In this document: positions 1-8,626 of the stretch, piece by piece
Layout of the letters: each line of letters opens with the position of its first letter
Numbering within the stretch: position 1 is the stretch's first letter
Assembly: GCA_964620795.1 (NCBI GenBank)
Contig: CAZUHX010000007.1
Span: forward strand, 1-36,360
Reading direction: 5' to 3'
DNA length: 36,360 bases
DNA from: an uncultured Chitinophagaceae bacterium
GTDB lineage: Bacteria; Bacteroidota; Bacteroidia; Chitinophagales; LD1
The notes under the pieces: generated by a model
What the model was told of the DNA's origin: nothing
The model's input: the letters and a program-made list of their open reading frames with translations, nothing else
Database searches by the model: none
Made by a program: the position numbers and the translations under genes

Positions 1-1023
1 GAAAAAGAGCGTGGTATCACTATCAACACTGCACACGTTGAGTATCAGACAGACAACCGCCACTATGCGCACGTTGACTGTCCTGGTCACGCTGACTATG
101 TGAAGAACATGATTACTGGTGCTGCTCAGATGGATGGTGCTATTCTGGTAGTGGCTGCTACCGATGGTCCTATGCCCCAAACAAAAGAGCACATCCTGCT
201 TGCTCGTCAGGTAGGTGTACCTCGTATCGTAGTATTCATGAACAAAGTTGACTTGGTTGACGATCCTGAATTGCTTGACCTGGTTGAAATGGAAATCCGT
301 GAACTGTTGAGCTCTTATGGCTTCGACGGTGACAATACACCAATTATCAAGGGTTCTGCTACTGGCGCTTTGGCTGGTGACGAAAAGTGGGTTCCTTGCA
401 TCACTGAACTGATGGATGCTGTTGATAGCTACATCCCTCTGCCTCCACGTCCTATCGATCAAGCTTTCTTGATGTCTGTAGAAGACGTATTCTCTATCAC
501 TGGTCGTGGTACAGTTGCTACAGGTCGTATCGAGCGCGGTATCATCAAAGTTGGTGATCCTGTTGAAATCGTAGGTCTGATGGAATCTCCATTGAACTCT
601 ACTGTAACAGGTGTTGAAATGTTCAAGAAACTGTTGGATCGTGGTGAAGCTGGTGATAACGCTGGTTTGCTGCTCCGCGGTATTGAAAAGAAAGATATCC
701 GTCGTGGTATGGTTATCTGTGCTCCTAAGTCTATCACTCCACACACAGAATTCAAGTGTGAAGTATACGTACTGAGCAAAGAAGAAGGTGGTCGTCACAC
801 TCCATTCTTCAACAAGTATCGTCCTCAGTTCTATTTCCGTACTACAGACGTAACCGGAGAGATCACTCTTCCTGAAGGAGTAGAAATGATCATGCCCGGT
901 GATAACGTTACTTTGAGTGTAAAGCTGATCTACCCAATCGCTATGGAAAAAGGTCTTCGTTTCGCGATTCGTGAAGGTGGCCGTACTGTAGGTGCCGGGC
1001 AGGTTACTGAAATCATCAAATAA
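1..1023 (+). CDS. tuf: Elongation factor Tu, 5' end cut by the window edge
   Basis: Frame 1 is open from nt 1 ([17 protein letters not shown]...). It has the G-domain motifs DCPGH and NKVD and the C-terminus [10 protein letters not shown], with stop TAA at 1021-1023. The ORF-track ATG at 100 is internal. Confidence 0.97.
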   Translation, partial: EKERGITINTAHVEYQTDNRHYAHVDCPGHADYVKNMITGAAQMDGAILVVAATDGPMPQTKEHILLARQVGVPRIVVFMNKVDLVDDPELLDLVEMEIRELLSSYGFDGDNTPIIKGSATGALAGDEKWVPCITELMDAVDSYIPLPPRPIDQAFLMSVEDVFSITGRGTVATGRIERGIIKVGDPVEIVGLMESPLNSTVTGVEMFKKLLDRGEAGDNAGLLLRGIEKKDIRRGMVICAPKSITPHTEFKCEVYVLSKEEGGRHTPFFNKYRPQFYFRTTDVTGEITLPEGVEMIMPGDNVTLSVKLIYPIAMEKGLRFAIREGGRTVGAGQVTEIIK

Positions 1024-1047
1024 TTTCACACCAACCAATAACCGAAA

Positions 1048-1078
1048 GGGCCGCTCCGGCGGCCCTTTTCTTTTTTTT
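1048..1078 (+). terminator. Intrinsic terminator after tuf
   Basis: GGGCCGC (1048-1054), TCCG loop, GCGGCCC (1059-1065), followed by a T-run to 1078. Confidence 0.8.
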
Positions 1079-1134
1079 ATCTGTAAATAATCAGGATTTT
1101 AGACAATTAGTTTTTGATTTGTCAATAAGTTAGG

Positions 1135-1142
1135 TAAATTTG
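1135..1142 (+). promoter_or_regulatory. Candidate Bacteroidota -7 promoter box (TAnnTTTG) for tRNA-Trp/secE/nusG
   Basis: TAAATTTG at 1135-1142, with TTG at 1114-1116 about 18 nt upstream. It lies about 64 nt before the tRNA 5' end. Confidence 0.35.
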
Positions 1143-1205
1143 CAACCCATTTTTGGGCTGCTTTTATTTTGTCTTAACCAAAAAAAATAAGCATTAGCAG
1201 GTCAA

Positions 1206-1276
1206 AGGGGCATAGTTCAAGGGTAGAATAGCGGTCTCCAAAACCGTTGATGTCAGTTCGAATCTGGCTGCCCCTG
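1206..1276 (+). tRNA. tRNA-Trp (anticodon CCA)
   Basis: Hand-folded cloverleaf. Acceptor AGGGGCA/TGCCCCT, D stem GTTC/GAAT, anticodon stem GCGGT/ACCGT with loop CTCCAAA, T stem GTCAG/CTGGC with loop TTCGAAT. Length 71 nt, in the conserved position between tuf and secE. Confidence 0.92.
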
Positions 1277-1285
1277 CTGAATAGA

Positions 1286-1495
1286 ATGAGTATGGAAAAG
1301 ATCAGGATTTACATGAGGGAGGCCTACGACGAACTCATGCACAAGGTTACCTGGCCCTCTTGGGCTGAACTACAGCAAAGTGCTCTTGTAGTGCTTGTTG
1401 CTGCCCTGATCATGGCATTGGTCGTGGTGGCGATGGATCTGGCTTCCAAATATGGGATCCAGGAAGGTCTTTATAAAATGATTATCCCCAACTAA
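1286..1495 (+). CDS. secE: Preprotein translocase subunit SecE
   Basis: Small protein with one C-terminal TM helix (ALVVLVAALIMALVVVAM), located between tRNA-Trp and nusG. The start is moved to ATG 1286 because the ORF-track start at 1247 lies inside the tRNA. ATG 1292 is an alternative. Confidence 0.85.
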   Translation: MSMEKIRIYMREAYDELMHKVTWPSWAELQQSALVVLVAALIMALVVVAMDLASKYGIQEGLYKMIIPN

Positions 1496-1498
1496 GCC

Positions 1499-2032
1499 AT
1501 GGCAGGAGAATTGAAATGGCATGTGCTGAGGGTGATCAGCGGTCAGGAACGCAAGATCAGTGATCACATCAAACTGGAGGTAGAAAGAAGCTCCTTCAAG
1601 GATGTGGTTCATAATATCTTAGTTCCTACTGAAAAGATCTACACCATTAAAAATGGTAAGAAAACCATTAAGGATAAAACCCTCTATCCGGGTTACATCT
1701 ATATGGAAGTGCTCGATAAACACTTTACACAGGAAGTGAAGCAGCAAATCCGGCAGGTGCAGGGAGTTCTTGGTTTCCTCGGAACGCTCAATCATGCAGA
1801 GCAGATGAAGCTTCTCGGCAAAGCCGATGAGCTCCGCGATGCTGGTGAAACCATGGCCGAACCGTTTATCGTGAATGAAGAGGTCAAAATCATCGACGGT
1901 CCGTTTAATGAATTCATGGGAACCATCGAAGAAGTTTTCGCAGACAAAAAGAAACTTAAAGTAATCGTTAAAATTTTCGGAAGAAGAACACCTGTTGAAG
2001 TCAATTTCATGCAGGTGGAAAAAATCTCATAA
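1499..2032 (+). CDS. nusG: Transcription termination/antitermination factor NusG
   Basis: NGN-type N-terminus (WHVLRVISGQERK) and a C-terminal KOW-like region (VKIIDGPFNEFMGTIEEV). Synteny secE-nusG-rplK. Confidence 0.93.
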   Translation: MAGELKWHVLRVISGQERKISDHIKLEVERSSFKDVVHNILVPTEKIYTIKNGKKTIKDKTLYPGYIYMEVLDKHFTQEVKQQIRQVQGVLGFLGTLNHAEQMKLLGKADELRDAGETMAEPFIVNEEVKIIDGPFNEFMGTIEEVFADKKKLKVIVKIFGRRTPVEVNFMQVEKIS

Positions 2033-2035
2033 ACC

Positions 2036-2476
2036 ATGGCAAAAGAGATCCAAACCTTTATCAAGCTCCAGGTGAAAGGCGGTCAGGCAAATCCCGCCCC
2101 TCCCATTGGACCCGCTCTCGGTTCCAAAGGTGTAAACATCATGGAATTCTGCAAGCAGTTTAATGCCCGTACCCAAGACAAAATGGGCAAAATCCTGCCG
2201 GTGGTCATCACCGTTTACAAAGACAAGAGTTTTGAATTCATCATCAAAACTCCTCCGGTAAATGCCCTCTTGATGGAATACACCAAGAAGCAGAAAGGCT
2301 CAGCAGAACCCAACCGCAAAAAAATCGGCGGGGTTTCCTGGGACATTATCCGCAAAATTGCCGAAGAAAAAATGCCCGACCTCAATTGCTTTACTGTAGA
2401 ATCTGCCATGAGTATGGTGGCAGGCTCTGCCAAGAGCGCAGGCTTTACCCTGGAAGGGAAAGCCCCCTGGGAGTAA
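2036..2476 (+). CDS. rplK: 50S ribosomal protein L11
   Basis: [34 protein letters not shown] is the canonical L11 N-domain. Confidence 0.96.
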   Translation: MAKEIQTFIKLQVKGGQANPAPPIGPALGSKGVNIMEFCKQFNARTQDKMGKILPVVITVYKDKSFEFIIKTPPVNALLMEYTKKQKGSAEPNRKKIGGVSWDIIRKIAEEKMPDLNCFTVESAMSMVAGSAKSAGFTLEGKAPWE

Positions 2477-2526
2477 TCCCGGGAAAGAGGGAGAGTTAAT
2501 CTCGCTATTGACCTCAAACCATAAAA

Positions 2527-3222
2527 ATGAAAATCACTAAAAAACGCAAAGCCGTTAACGGCAAGGTGGATACAGACAAGCTGTATTCCGTCAGTGAGGC
2601 GTCTAATCTGGTGAAGCAGGTGAACACTACCAAGTTCAATGCTTCCGTAGACATCCACGTTCAATTGGGAGTTGACCCCAAAAAAGCAGACCAAGCCGTG
2701 CGCGGTACAGCTGCCCTTCCTCATGGAACCGGTAAAACGAAGCGCGTGCTGGTGCTCACAACCCCTGATAAGGAAGAAGAAGCCCGCAAAGCAGGTGCAG
2801 ATTTCGTTGGTCTCGAAGAGTTTGTTACCAAAATCGAACAGGGTTGGCTAGACTTCGAAGTCGTCATTGCTACTCCCAACGTTATGGCTAAAATCGCCAA
2901 AATCGGTAAGATTCTCGGTCCCAGAAACTTGATGCCAAATCCTAAGTCGGGAACCGTTACCGTAGACGTAGCCAAAGCTGTTGAAGAGGTCAAGAAAGGT
3001 AAAATTGCCTTCAAAGTAGACAAGTTCGGTATTATACATGCTTCTATCGGAAGGGTTTCCTTCTCGCCCGATCAGCTGCAGGAAAATGCCGTAGCACTCC
3101 TTCAGACCCTTTCCAAGCTCAAGCCGGCAACATCTAAAGGCATCTATTTCAAAGGCATTTCCATGGCTTCTACCATGAGCCCGGGTATCAATGTCGATTA
3201 CAAATCGGTTCCCGGTATTTAA
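2527..3222 (+). CDS. rplA: 50S ribosomal protein L1
   Basis: 231 aa with L1-type motifs ([34 protein letters not shown]). Synteny after rplK. Confidence 0.95.
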   Translation: MKITKKRKAVNGKVDTDKLYSVSEASNLVKQVNTTKFNASVDIHVQLGVDPKKADQAVRGTAALPHGTGKTKRVLVLTTPDKEEEARKAGADFVGLEEFVTKIEQGWLDFEVVIATPNVMAKIAKIGKILGPRNLMPNPKSGTVTVDVAKAVEEVKKGKIAFKVDKFGIIHASIGRVSFSPDQLQENAVALLQTLSKLKPATSKGIYFKGISMASTMSPGINVDYKSVPGI

Positions 3223-3245
3223 TCACCTATCATTCCGCTTAAGTC

Positions 3246-3773
3246 ATGGATAAGAATCAGAAAAATCAGGAAATCCAGATCCTGAAAGAAAAACTCAGCA
3301 ACGCCCAGTATTTCTACCTGTGCGACTCTTCCACCCTCACCGTGGAAACCATCAACAAGTTCCGTCGGCTTTGTTTTAACTCCGGCATTGAATACAAGGT
3401 GGCTAAGAACACTTTGATCCGCAAGGCTCTCGAAGGCATTAGCGATTCCCGCTACCAGGAACTTTATCCTGTGCTTCACGGTCCAACCGGTATCATGTTT
3501 GCAACGGAAGGAGCCACTCCTGCCAAGCTGATTAAAGAGTTTCGTAAAGATGCTGCAAAGCCCGCTCTCAAAGCAGCCTATATAGACAGCGATGTCTTTG
3601 TTGGCGACAATCAGCTCGAAGCGCTCGCAAGCCTCAAGAGCAAGGCAGAACTCATTGGCGATATCGTGGGTCTTCTGCAGTCACCTGCCCGCAATGTTAT
3701 CAGTGCTCTTCAGGGATCTTCTTCTCAAAAGATTGCCGGACTCGTCAAGGCTCTCGAAGAGCGCGGCGCCTAA
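3246..3773 (+). CDS. rplJ: 50S ribosomal protein L10
   Basis: 175 aa in the position after rplA, with L10-like sequence (LTVETINKFRRLC..., KVAKNTLIRKAL). Confidence 0.9.
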   Translation: MDKNQKNQEIQILKEKLSNAQYFYLCDSSTLTVETINKFRRLCFNSGIEYKVAKNTLIRKALEGISDSRYQELYPVLHGPTGIMFATEGATPAKLIKEFRKDAAKPALKAAYIDSDVFVGDNQLEALASLKSKAELIGDIVGLLQSPARNVISALQGSSSQKIAGLVKALEERGA

Positions 3774-3800
3774 TATTAACAGACAAATTATTCTAAATCA

Positions 3801-3827
3801 GGCAGGTCTTCGGATCTGCCTTTTTTG
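3801..3827 (+). terminator. Intrinsic terminator directly after rplJ
   Basis: GGCAGGTC (3801-3808), TTCG tetraloop, GATCTGCC (3813-3820), then TTTTTT. Confidence 0.8.
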
Positions 3828-3832
3828 TTTTA

Positions 3833-4015
3833 CAAGGGCGCGTCCCCTCCGGGCTGAAGCCCTGCGGGGTCCCGCTGTGCGCGGCATGGTGCGGGCGGCC
3901 CGGAATGACTGAAGCCTCGGTATCACAACTGCCATGATTGTGCGAAGAGCCTGCATCATTGATTGCGTTGTGCCGCCCGCACCGGCCTTCGGCCGCCGCT
4001 TCCATCGGTCGCGCG
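3833..4015. repeat. G+C-rich multi-hairpin intergenic element, copy A (divergent)
   Basis: 48 of 60 nt are G+C over 3841-3900 by hand count. It shares AAGGGCG (3834), GAAGCC (3856 and 3911) and CTGTGCGCGGCA (3875) in the same order as copy B. It contains GGCCTTCGGCCGCC (3984-3997), which is repeated in the terminator core at 4045-4058. Confidence 0.45.
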
Positions 4016-4033
4016 ATTCTTGCTTCATTGCAA

Positions 4034-4060
4034 TAAAAAAAGGCGGCCTTCGGCCGCCTT
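4034..4060 (-). terminator. Intrinsic terminator of the minus-strand TonB-dependent receptor
   Basis: AGGCGGCC / TTCG / GGCCGCCT hairpin at 4041-4060. The + strand A-run at 4035-4040 immediately precedes it and becomes a U-run on the minus strand. It lies 20 nt after the receptor stop. Confidence 0.8.
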
Positions 4061-4080
4061 TGGATAACTGTTTGATTTGC

Positions 4081-6543
4081 TTAAAACTGATAAGCCAGTT
4101 GCAGCGTATAGCTCCGCGGAGCTTCAAAACGTCCCGGACGAGGCATCCATTCCCAGTTCGCCACGTTCTTGATGATAAACGAAGCCTTGAAATGATCGGT
4201 TGGTTTATAACCGATTCCGATGTTCACGATATTGTCTCCCCGATATCCCTGAGACTCCAGTCGGTCGCGGTAATTCTTTAAACCCTGGAAAGAATATATC
4301 TTCTGAGTAAGCAGCAATAAAATGTCTCTGGCAAAGAACTGACTCACGAAAGCGTAATCTATATTTTGCTGATAACCGATAAACTGATAGTCAAGGTTAA
4401 AGTCGAAGCGCTTGTGTACCACATTCAGAATAAGCTTGAGCTGATGCGTAGGACGATATTTCAGCATGTTTTTGTCTGAGGAAGAGGTCATGCCATAGGT
4501 GATGTAACGCGTAGTATCGAGACCGGCAGGAGCATTTGATCCTTTATAAGCAGACTGAAATCCGGGACGGAGTGTATCTCCTTTGTAGTCGAAGAGCGTC
4601 AAGGGATCATCCCAGTTCAGTGCGCGGGTATTGATGTAGGTATAGCCTGCCATCAAATTCACTTCTACATCTTTGATGTTTACCTGAGCGCCCACTGAGG
4701 CATCTAAACCCAAAATCCTGGCATTTCCAATATTCTGCGAAGAGAATCCCGCACCGAATGCTCCTACATTCGGGTCGCCGAAAGAGCCAAACATGAACTC
4801 CATCATGTTGTTGTATTGGTTCCAGAATCCTGCTACATCAACAAAACCAACAGCATTGGAGTTCTTTCCGAATTTGAAACCCTGCTTGATACCCAGTTCT
4901 GCGCTATATCCCAATTCCGGTTTAAGATTCACGTTCGGGAAAATCTGGATGGCACCGATGGCTGTGGTAACGAAAAGCTCTGCCACTGAGGGAAAACGGA
5001 AACCCTGCCCGAATGAACCGCGGATGTAGGTTGCCTCTGCTGCCTGATAGTTCAAGCCTAAACGGAACAGAGGATATTTCAGGTCTTTCAAACTATTGCG
5101 CTTATCAACTTCATAGTATTCGTATCTCGCGCCCAAGGTTACATTCAACCTGTTAAAGAATTTACCATCAACCTGAGCAAACACGGATGCATTGTATGCA
5201 TTGTGCGGCTGATTGCCATAGAGGTAGGAAGAATCATTGTTGGGAGGCGCAATTTTATCGATTCGAGCTCCGGTTCCAGCAATGAAATTCAACTTTACCT
5301 TTTCAGAAATATCAAACGGCCTTTGATAGCTGAAATCCAGAATATGACGATTGGCAATAGATCCCTGTCCGGTGCTGTTTACATTAGACGAGTTAAGCCA
5401 GCGGTACTTCAGGTTAATTTTGTTGTTGTTTTTATCCATATAGGTGATGAACGGATCCATCACATAGCGGTTGTTGTCGTACTCGGTGATGGTACCTGCC
5501 AGCGGCCGAAGTGATTTGCTTCCAATAGAATCCCAAAGGAAGAATGTTTTTCCCCAGCTCCAGTATCCGAGGGCATTGATCCCCACGGAAAGTCCTTCAA
5601 TCTTTTTGAAACGGTAACGAATTTTGGCATTAACTCTCAGATCCTGATTGTCTGAAGAATCCAGCCAACCGCGGTCATTGTTATAAGCAAATCCTGTTAC
5701 CAGATCCCACTGTCCCAATTTCCTGCGGTCGGCGAAGTTTAAACCGGCAGTGTACTGGGGTCTGCCCTGCCACCATTTCATTTCACGGCTTCTGGTGGGG
5801 CCTTCATAAAAACCAACATAAGATTGAACTTTGGTGAAGGGCTTATCACCCGGAGTGGCAGTACGCGCATTGATTACACCATTCAAGGCAGAGGAGCCGT
5901 AAATTGCTGATGCCGCTCCTTTCAAAACTTCGATCTGCTCAATGTTTTCAACAGGAATCATGCTCCACTTGGCATCATCAGCATCTGCTGTGGTGATCAG
6001 CATATCGTCATACATTACCGCAACCCTTGAGCCGGCACCATAGCTCCACCCGGATCCACCGCGGATATTTGCCTGACCATCTGCGATGGTTACTCCCGGA
6101 ATCTTCTGAACCCCGTTTTGTACGTCGGTAATGTTCTGGTTGCTCAGCACATTCGACTTCATTACTTCAAGTGAAACCGTTTCTTCAGAAAGCTTTTTCT
6201 CATACTTGGACCCGGTTACCACCACTACATCCATCAGACGTTCTTTTTCCTTGAGGGTGACATTGAGTGAAAGTGTTTGACCGAATTTAAGAACTACGGG
6301 TTTGATAACTTCTTCTTTGCCTACATATCGGAAGGTCACCTGGTAGTTTCCTTCCGGAAGTTCCAGGGTGTAGTTTCCATCGAAGTCGGTAACGGTGGCT
6401 TGTCCTTTAGATGCATCAATAACCACGTTGGCCTGCAGCAGCGGTTCGCCTTTCTCATCCGAAACCTTTCCTGTAAGTTTTGCCTGTTGGGCATGCGCAG
6501 AAAGTGTTCCGATAGCAGCGAGTAGCATTAACAGTTTTTTCAT
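4081..6543 (-). CDS. TonB-dependent receptor with N-terminal carboxypeptidase-regulatory-like domain
   Basis: Signal peptide MKKLLMLLAAIGTLSAHAQQ, a CarboxypepD_reg-like segment (GKVSDEKGEPLLQANVV...DGNYTLELPEGNY), plug motifs (IEQIEVLKGAASAIYGSSALNGVIN), and a C-terminal beta-signal ending YQF. Confidence 0.9.
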   Translation of the reverse strand: MKKLLMLLAAIGTLSAHAQQAKLTGKVSDEKGEPLLQANVVIDASKGQATVTDFDGNYTLELPEGNYQVTFRYVGKEEVIKPVVLKFGQTLSLNVTLKEKERLMDVVVVTGSKYEKKLSEETVSLEVMKSNVLSNQNITDVQNGVQKIPGVTIADGQANIRGGSGWSYGAGSRVAVMYDDMLITTADADDAKWSMIPVENIEQIEVLKGAASAIYGSSALNGVINARTATPGDKPFTKVQSYVGFYEGPTRSREMKWWQGRPQYTAGLNFADRRKLGQWDLVTGFAYNNDRGWLDSSDNQDLRVNAKIRYRFKKIEGLSVGINALGYWSWGKTFFLWDSIGSKSLRPLAGTITEYDNNRYVMDPFITYMDKNNNKINLKYRWLNSSNVNSTGQGSIANRHILDFSYQRPFDISEKVKLNFIAGTGARIDKIAPPNNDSSYLYGNQPHNAYNASVFAQVDGKFFNRLNVTLGARYEYYEVDKRNSLKDLKYPLFRLGLNYQAAEATYIRGSFGQGFRFPSVAELFVTTAIGAIQIFPNVNLKPELGYSAELGIKQGFKFGKNSNAVGFVDVAGFWNQYNNMMEFMFGSFGDPNVGAFGAGFSSQNIGNARILGLDASVGAQVNIKDVEVNLMAGYTYINTRALNWDDPLTLFDYKGDTLRPGFQSAYKGSNAPAGLDTTRYITYGMTSSSDKNMLKYRPTHQLKLILNVVHKRFDFNLDYQFIGYQQNIDYAFVSQFFARDILLLLTQKIYSFQGLKNYRDRLESQGYRGDNIVNIGIGYKPTDHFKASFIIKNVANWEWMPRPGRFEAPRSYTLQLAYQF

Positions 6544-6629
6544 GCTTTTTTAGAGTTTTCACAAATATAGACCTTTGGGTTTCTTTTTATAATATCTGAT
6601 GCCTTTTTGATATAAGCATAGCCTTTGGC

Positions 6630-6637
6630 TATATTTG
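6630..6637 (+). promoter_or_regulatory. Candidate -7 promoter box (TAnnTTTG)
   Basis: TATATTTG at 6630-6637, 18 nt upstream of ATG 6656. Confidence 0.4.
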
Positions 6638-6655
6638 AGCATCCAAACCATCAAA

Positions 6656-7024
6656 ATGAAGCATCTTTTTACACCTTCTTTCATTCTGGTTATGTGCCTT
6701 ATGGCTTTTCAAAACCTGAATGCACAGTTCGGCAACAGCTGCCCGGGCTGCCAGATCAATCAGTCTGCATTTCCTAATCCCAGTCCTTTTGACGTGGGTC
6801 TGTCGCCTGACACCCTTTTTGTGGTGCAGGGAGATACTGTAGATACAGATGTAACTTATCTGATGCCTACTCAGTTCTCTATTCCCGGAATAACGGCCAA
6901 TGTAATCAGCGTTGAGATTACCGGTGTGGTAGGCATGCCCATTGGTTTGCAGCTAACCTGCAATAATTATAGTTCGACCACGGGAAGCTGCTTTTACAAT
7001 ATTCCCCAAAGACGCTGGGGCTGA
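6656..7024 (+). CDS. N-terminal fragment (signal peptide plus Cys-containing domain) of a T9SS-secreted protein, ended by in-frame TGA
   Basis: Signal peptide MKHLFTPSFILVMCLMAFQNLNAQ. The domain is paralogous to the N-terminus of the 8627-9484 protein. TGA at 7022-7024 is followed in the same frame by the 7025-8542 ORF. The ORF-track TTG start at 6635 overlaps the promoter box. Confidence 0.7.
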   Translation: MKHLFTPSFILVMCLMAFQNLNAQFGNSCPGCQINQSAFPNPSPFDVGLSPDTLFVVQGDTVDTDVTYLMPTQFSIPGITANVISVEITGVVGMPIGLQLTCNNYSSTTGSCFYNIPQRRWG

Positions 7025-8542
7025 GTGAAAGGTTGCGGAGGGACCAATGAATTGCCGGGAGCCCGCACAGCAAATATTACAGTGATCGGAACCGGCAGCG
7101 CCCTCGGACAGACACAGTCTCAGCAGCAGGTTATTCCTGTTACCATCGTGATACTTCCGGGCACAGGAGGCAATCCATATTACTCCTTTACTCCTGCCGG
7201 AGGCTGCGATACCACTACAGTGACCTATTCATCTTCTGTTCAGAGTCCCAGGCCGCTCATCAATCCCTTCCGGTATAACTGGGATTTTGGTTCAGGGGTA
7301 ACAGATACCGGCGCCAGCCCTGATCCTATTACTTACAACACGCCCGGGCAGTATTCTTCAACACTTTCCATTGATGAAATGGAATATTTTGTTCAGAGCA
7401 TTACGGCTACCGTATCCGGCGACTGGTGGTGCGGTGATGTCGAGGAGCCCAATCTGCCGCTTCTGGGCTGTCAGGGAGCCCCTGATGTGCGTGGTTCCGT
7501 AGTTTCTGGCGATTCGACCCGTGCATTGCCTGAAAAAACAAACACAACCTCACCCTCTTGGACAGGCATCAACCTTGGCCTACCAAGTCAGTCGGTGGCC
7601 ATCAGTTTTTTTGATGAAGACAACGTTTCAACCGATGATAATGCGGGCCTCGCGGTCTTGACTATCAATGGAACAGGTACATACCCTTTCAATACAACAG
7701 CAGCTGCAGGATCAGGTGGAATAGCCGGCACAATGACTGTAGGTATTCGTGTTAAAAGTACCCTCACTTTCTCTGATACCCTCGAGATTTTCCCTCTGCC
7801 CGCAGTCCCTCAGATTACCGTGACCGGCGATACCATATGCGATGGAGATTCTGTGGTATTAAGTGTTTCCAACCCTTCGGCCAGCGGTCTTTATCAGTGG
7901 TACAACGATACTACCATTGTCATTGGCGCCGACTCTACAGTTCTGGTGGCCAGAGGTTCCGGAAAATATTACGTGCGCGTCACCGATGCCATTACCTCTT
8001 GTGCCAGTCGTTCTGCAGATTACACTGTAGTGGTTGGAGCCAATCCTCCGGGACCACTAACCATCCTTTATAATGGTCCGCAGGTCTTTGTCTCTCCCTT
8101 CCCTGCATCCGGCTTCACCGCCCGCTGGTACAAGGATGGTGTTGAAATTCCGAACCAGACAGGCAAGTTTATGCCTTTTCTGGGCACCGGTGTTTATCGT
8201 GTAGAGGTGTTTAACTCTGCCTTCCCTCAGTGCAATCTGGTTTCAGATACACAAACGGTTATCAATTCCATTGATGAAATGCCTTTTGCTGCCAACTTCA
8301 GAATTTATCCCAATCCGGGCAATGGCAAATTTGTGGTTGAATATGATGAAAACGCCGGTCTTGAAAGTCTTGATATCCGATTGTTTGATCTGATCGGTCG
8401 AGAGGTGTTTCAAACTTCAGTGAACGGTCTTTCCGGAAGCGGCAAGGTTCCGGTAAGCTCGGGATTGTCTACCGGAGTTTTCCAATTGCAGCTTACCGAT
8501 CAGAAAGGCAGAAGAATGTCTCACAAACTAGTGATTTATTGA
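7025..8542 (+). CDS. C-terminal continuation of the same reading frame: PKD-like and Ig-like repeats plus T9SS C-terminal sorting domain
   Basis: Same frame as 6656-7024, with no signal peptide of its own. PKD-like segment YNWDFGSGVTDTGASPDPITYNTPGQYSSTLSI. C-terminal Por_Secre_tail-like FRIYPNPGNGKFVVEY...HKLVIY. Confidence 0.7.
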   Translation: MKGCGGTNELPGARTANITVIGTGSALGQTQSQQQVIPVTIVILPGTGGNPYYSFTPAGGCDTTTVTYSSSVQSPRPLINPFRYNWDFGSGVTDTGASPDPITYNTPGQYSSTLSIDEMEYFVQSITATVSGDWWCGDVEEPNLPLLGCQGAPDVRGSVVSGDSTRALPEKTNTTSPSWTGINLGLPSQSVAISFFDEDNVSTDDNAGLAVLTINGTGTYPFNTTAAAGSGGIAGTMTVGIRVKSTLTFSDTLEIFPLPAVPQITVTGDTICDGDSVVLSVSNPSASGLYQWYNDTTIVIGADSTVLVARGSGKYYVRVTDAITSCASRSADYTVVVGANPPGPLTILYNGPQVFVSPFPASGFTARWYKDGVEIPNQTGKFMPFLGTGVYRVEVFNSAFPQCNLVSDTQTVINSIDEMPFAANFRIYPNPGNGKFVVEYDENAGLESLDIRLFDLIGREVFQTSVNGLSGSGKVPVSSGLSTGVFQLQLTDQKGRRMSHKLVIY

Positions 8543-8595
8543 TATTTGTAAATCACCATTGTTGAATAAATACCCTCTTATCTGTTCTAATCCAT

Positions 8596-8603
8596 TAACT
8601 TTG
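8596..8603 (+). promoter_or_regulatory. Candidate -7 promoter box (TAnnTTTG)
   Basis: TAACTTTG at 8596-8603, 23 nt upstream of ATG 8627. Confidence 0.4.
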
Positions 8604-8626
8604 TATTTAATAAACCATCAAAACCC

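Noticed and set aside
459-779. Antisense ORF inside tuf. The same applies to shadow ORFs at 1370-1612, 1792-2064, 2215-2724, 2721-3039, 3219-3479, 4793-5514, 6277-6525, 12323-12825, 17570-18068, 19527-20866, 29950-34819 and others.
   Set aside because: All lie wholly within, and antisense or out of frame to, strongly supported genes. They have no recognisable motifs and have odd Ser/Arg/Leu-heavy composition typical of shadow frames.
1247-1285. ORF-track start of secE at 1247. Similar upstream extensions occur at 6635, 9597, 10121, 12723 and 21564.
   Set aside because: The 1247 start lies inside tRNA-Trp. The other extensions precede clean signal peptides or canonical N-termini and overlap promoter boxes or the upstream gene's stop.
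2477-2526. Possible L1-binding autoregulatory mimic (GGGAGAG-containing) in the rplK-rplA spacer.
   Set aside because: Only a short purine motif is present, and I could not build the L1-stalk-like helix convincingly by eye.
3774-4080. A degraded rplL remnant after rplJ.
   Set aside because: None of the six frames shows L7/L12-like sequence (Ala-rich hinge, KLVKE/GLKEAK-type C-domain). The gap is also shorter than the gene.
3798-4127. ORFs spanning the G+C-rich islands: 3592-3912, 3793-4005, 3798-4127, 3934-4281, 11375-11596 and 35918-36280.
   Set aside because: Arg/Ala/Gly/Pro-rich translations are what any frame of 70-80% G+C DNA gives. The ORFs run through terminator hairpins, and in one case through the tRNA-Leu gene. 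The three element copies do not conserve a common reading frame. From the shared GGAATGC motif, copy C stops after 22 codons, copy B runs 49 codons, and copy A gives an unrelated 10-codon peptide.
7025-7085. A bacterial SECIS-like hairpin immediately downstream of the in-frame TGA.
   Set aside because: The best pairing I could find is TGCGG (about 7035) with CCGCA (about 7066) around a large, poorly structured loop. No convincing stem-loop sits at the usual spacing. Selenocysteine remains only a low-probability alternative in the finding.
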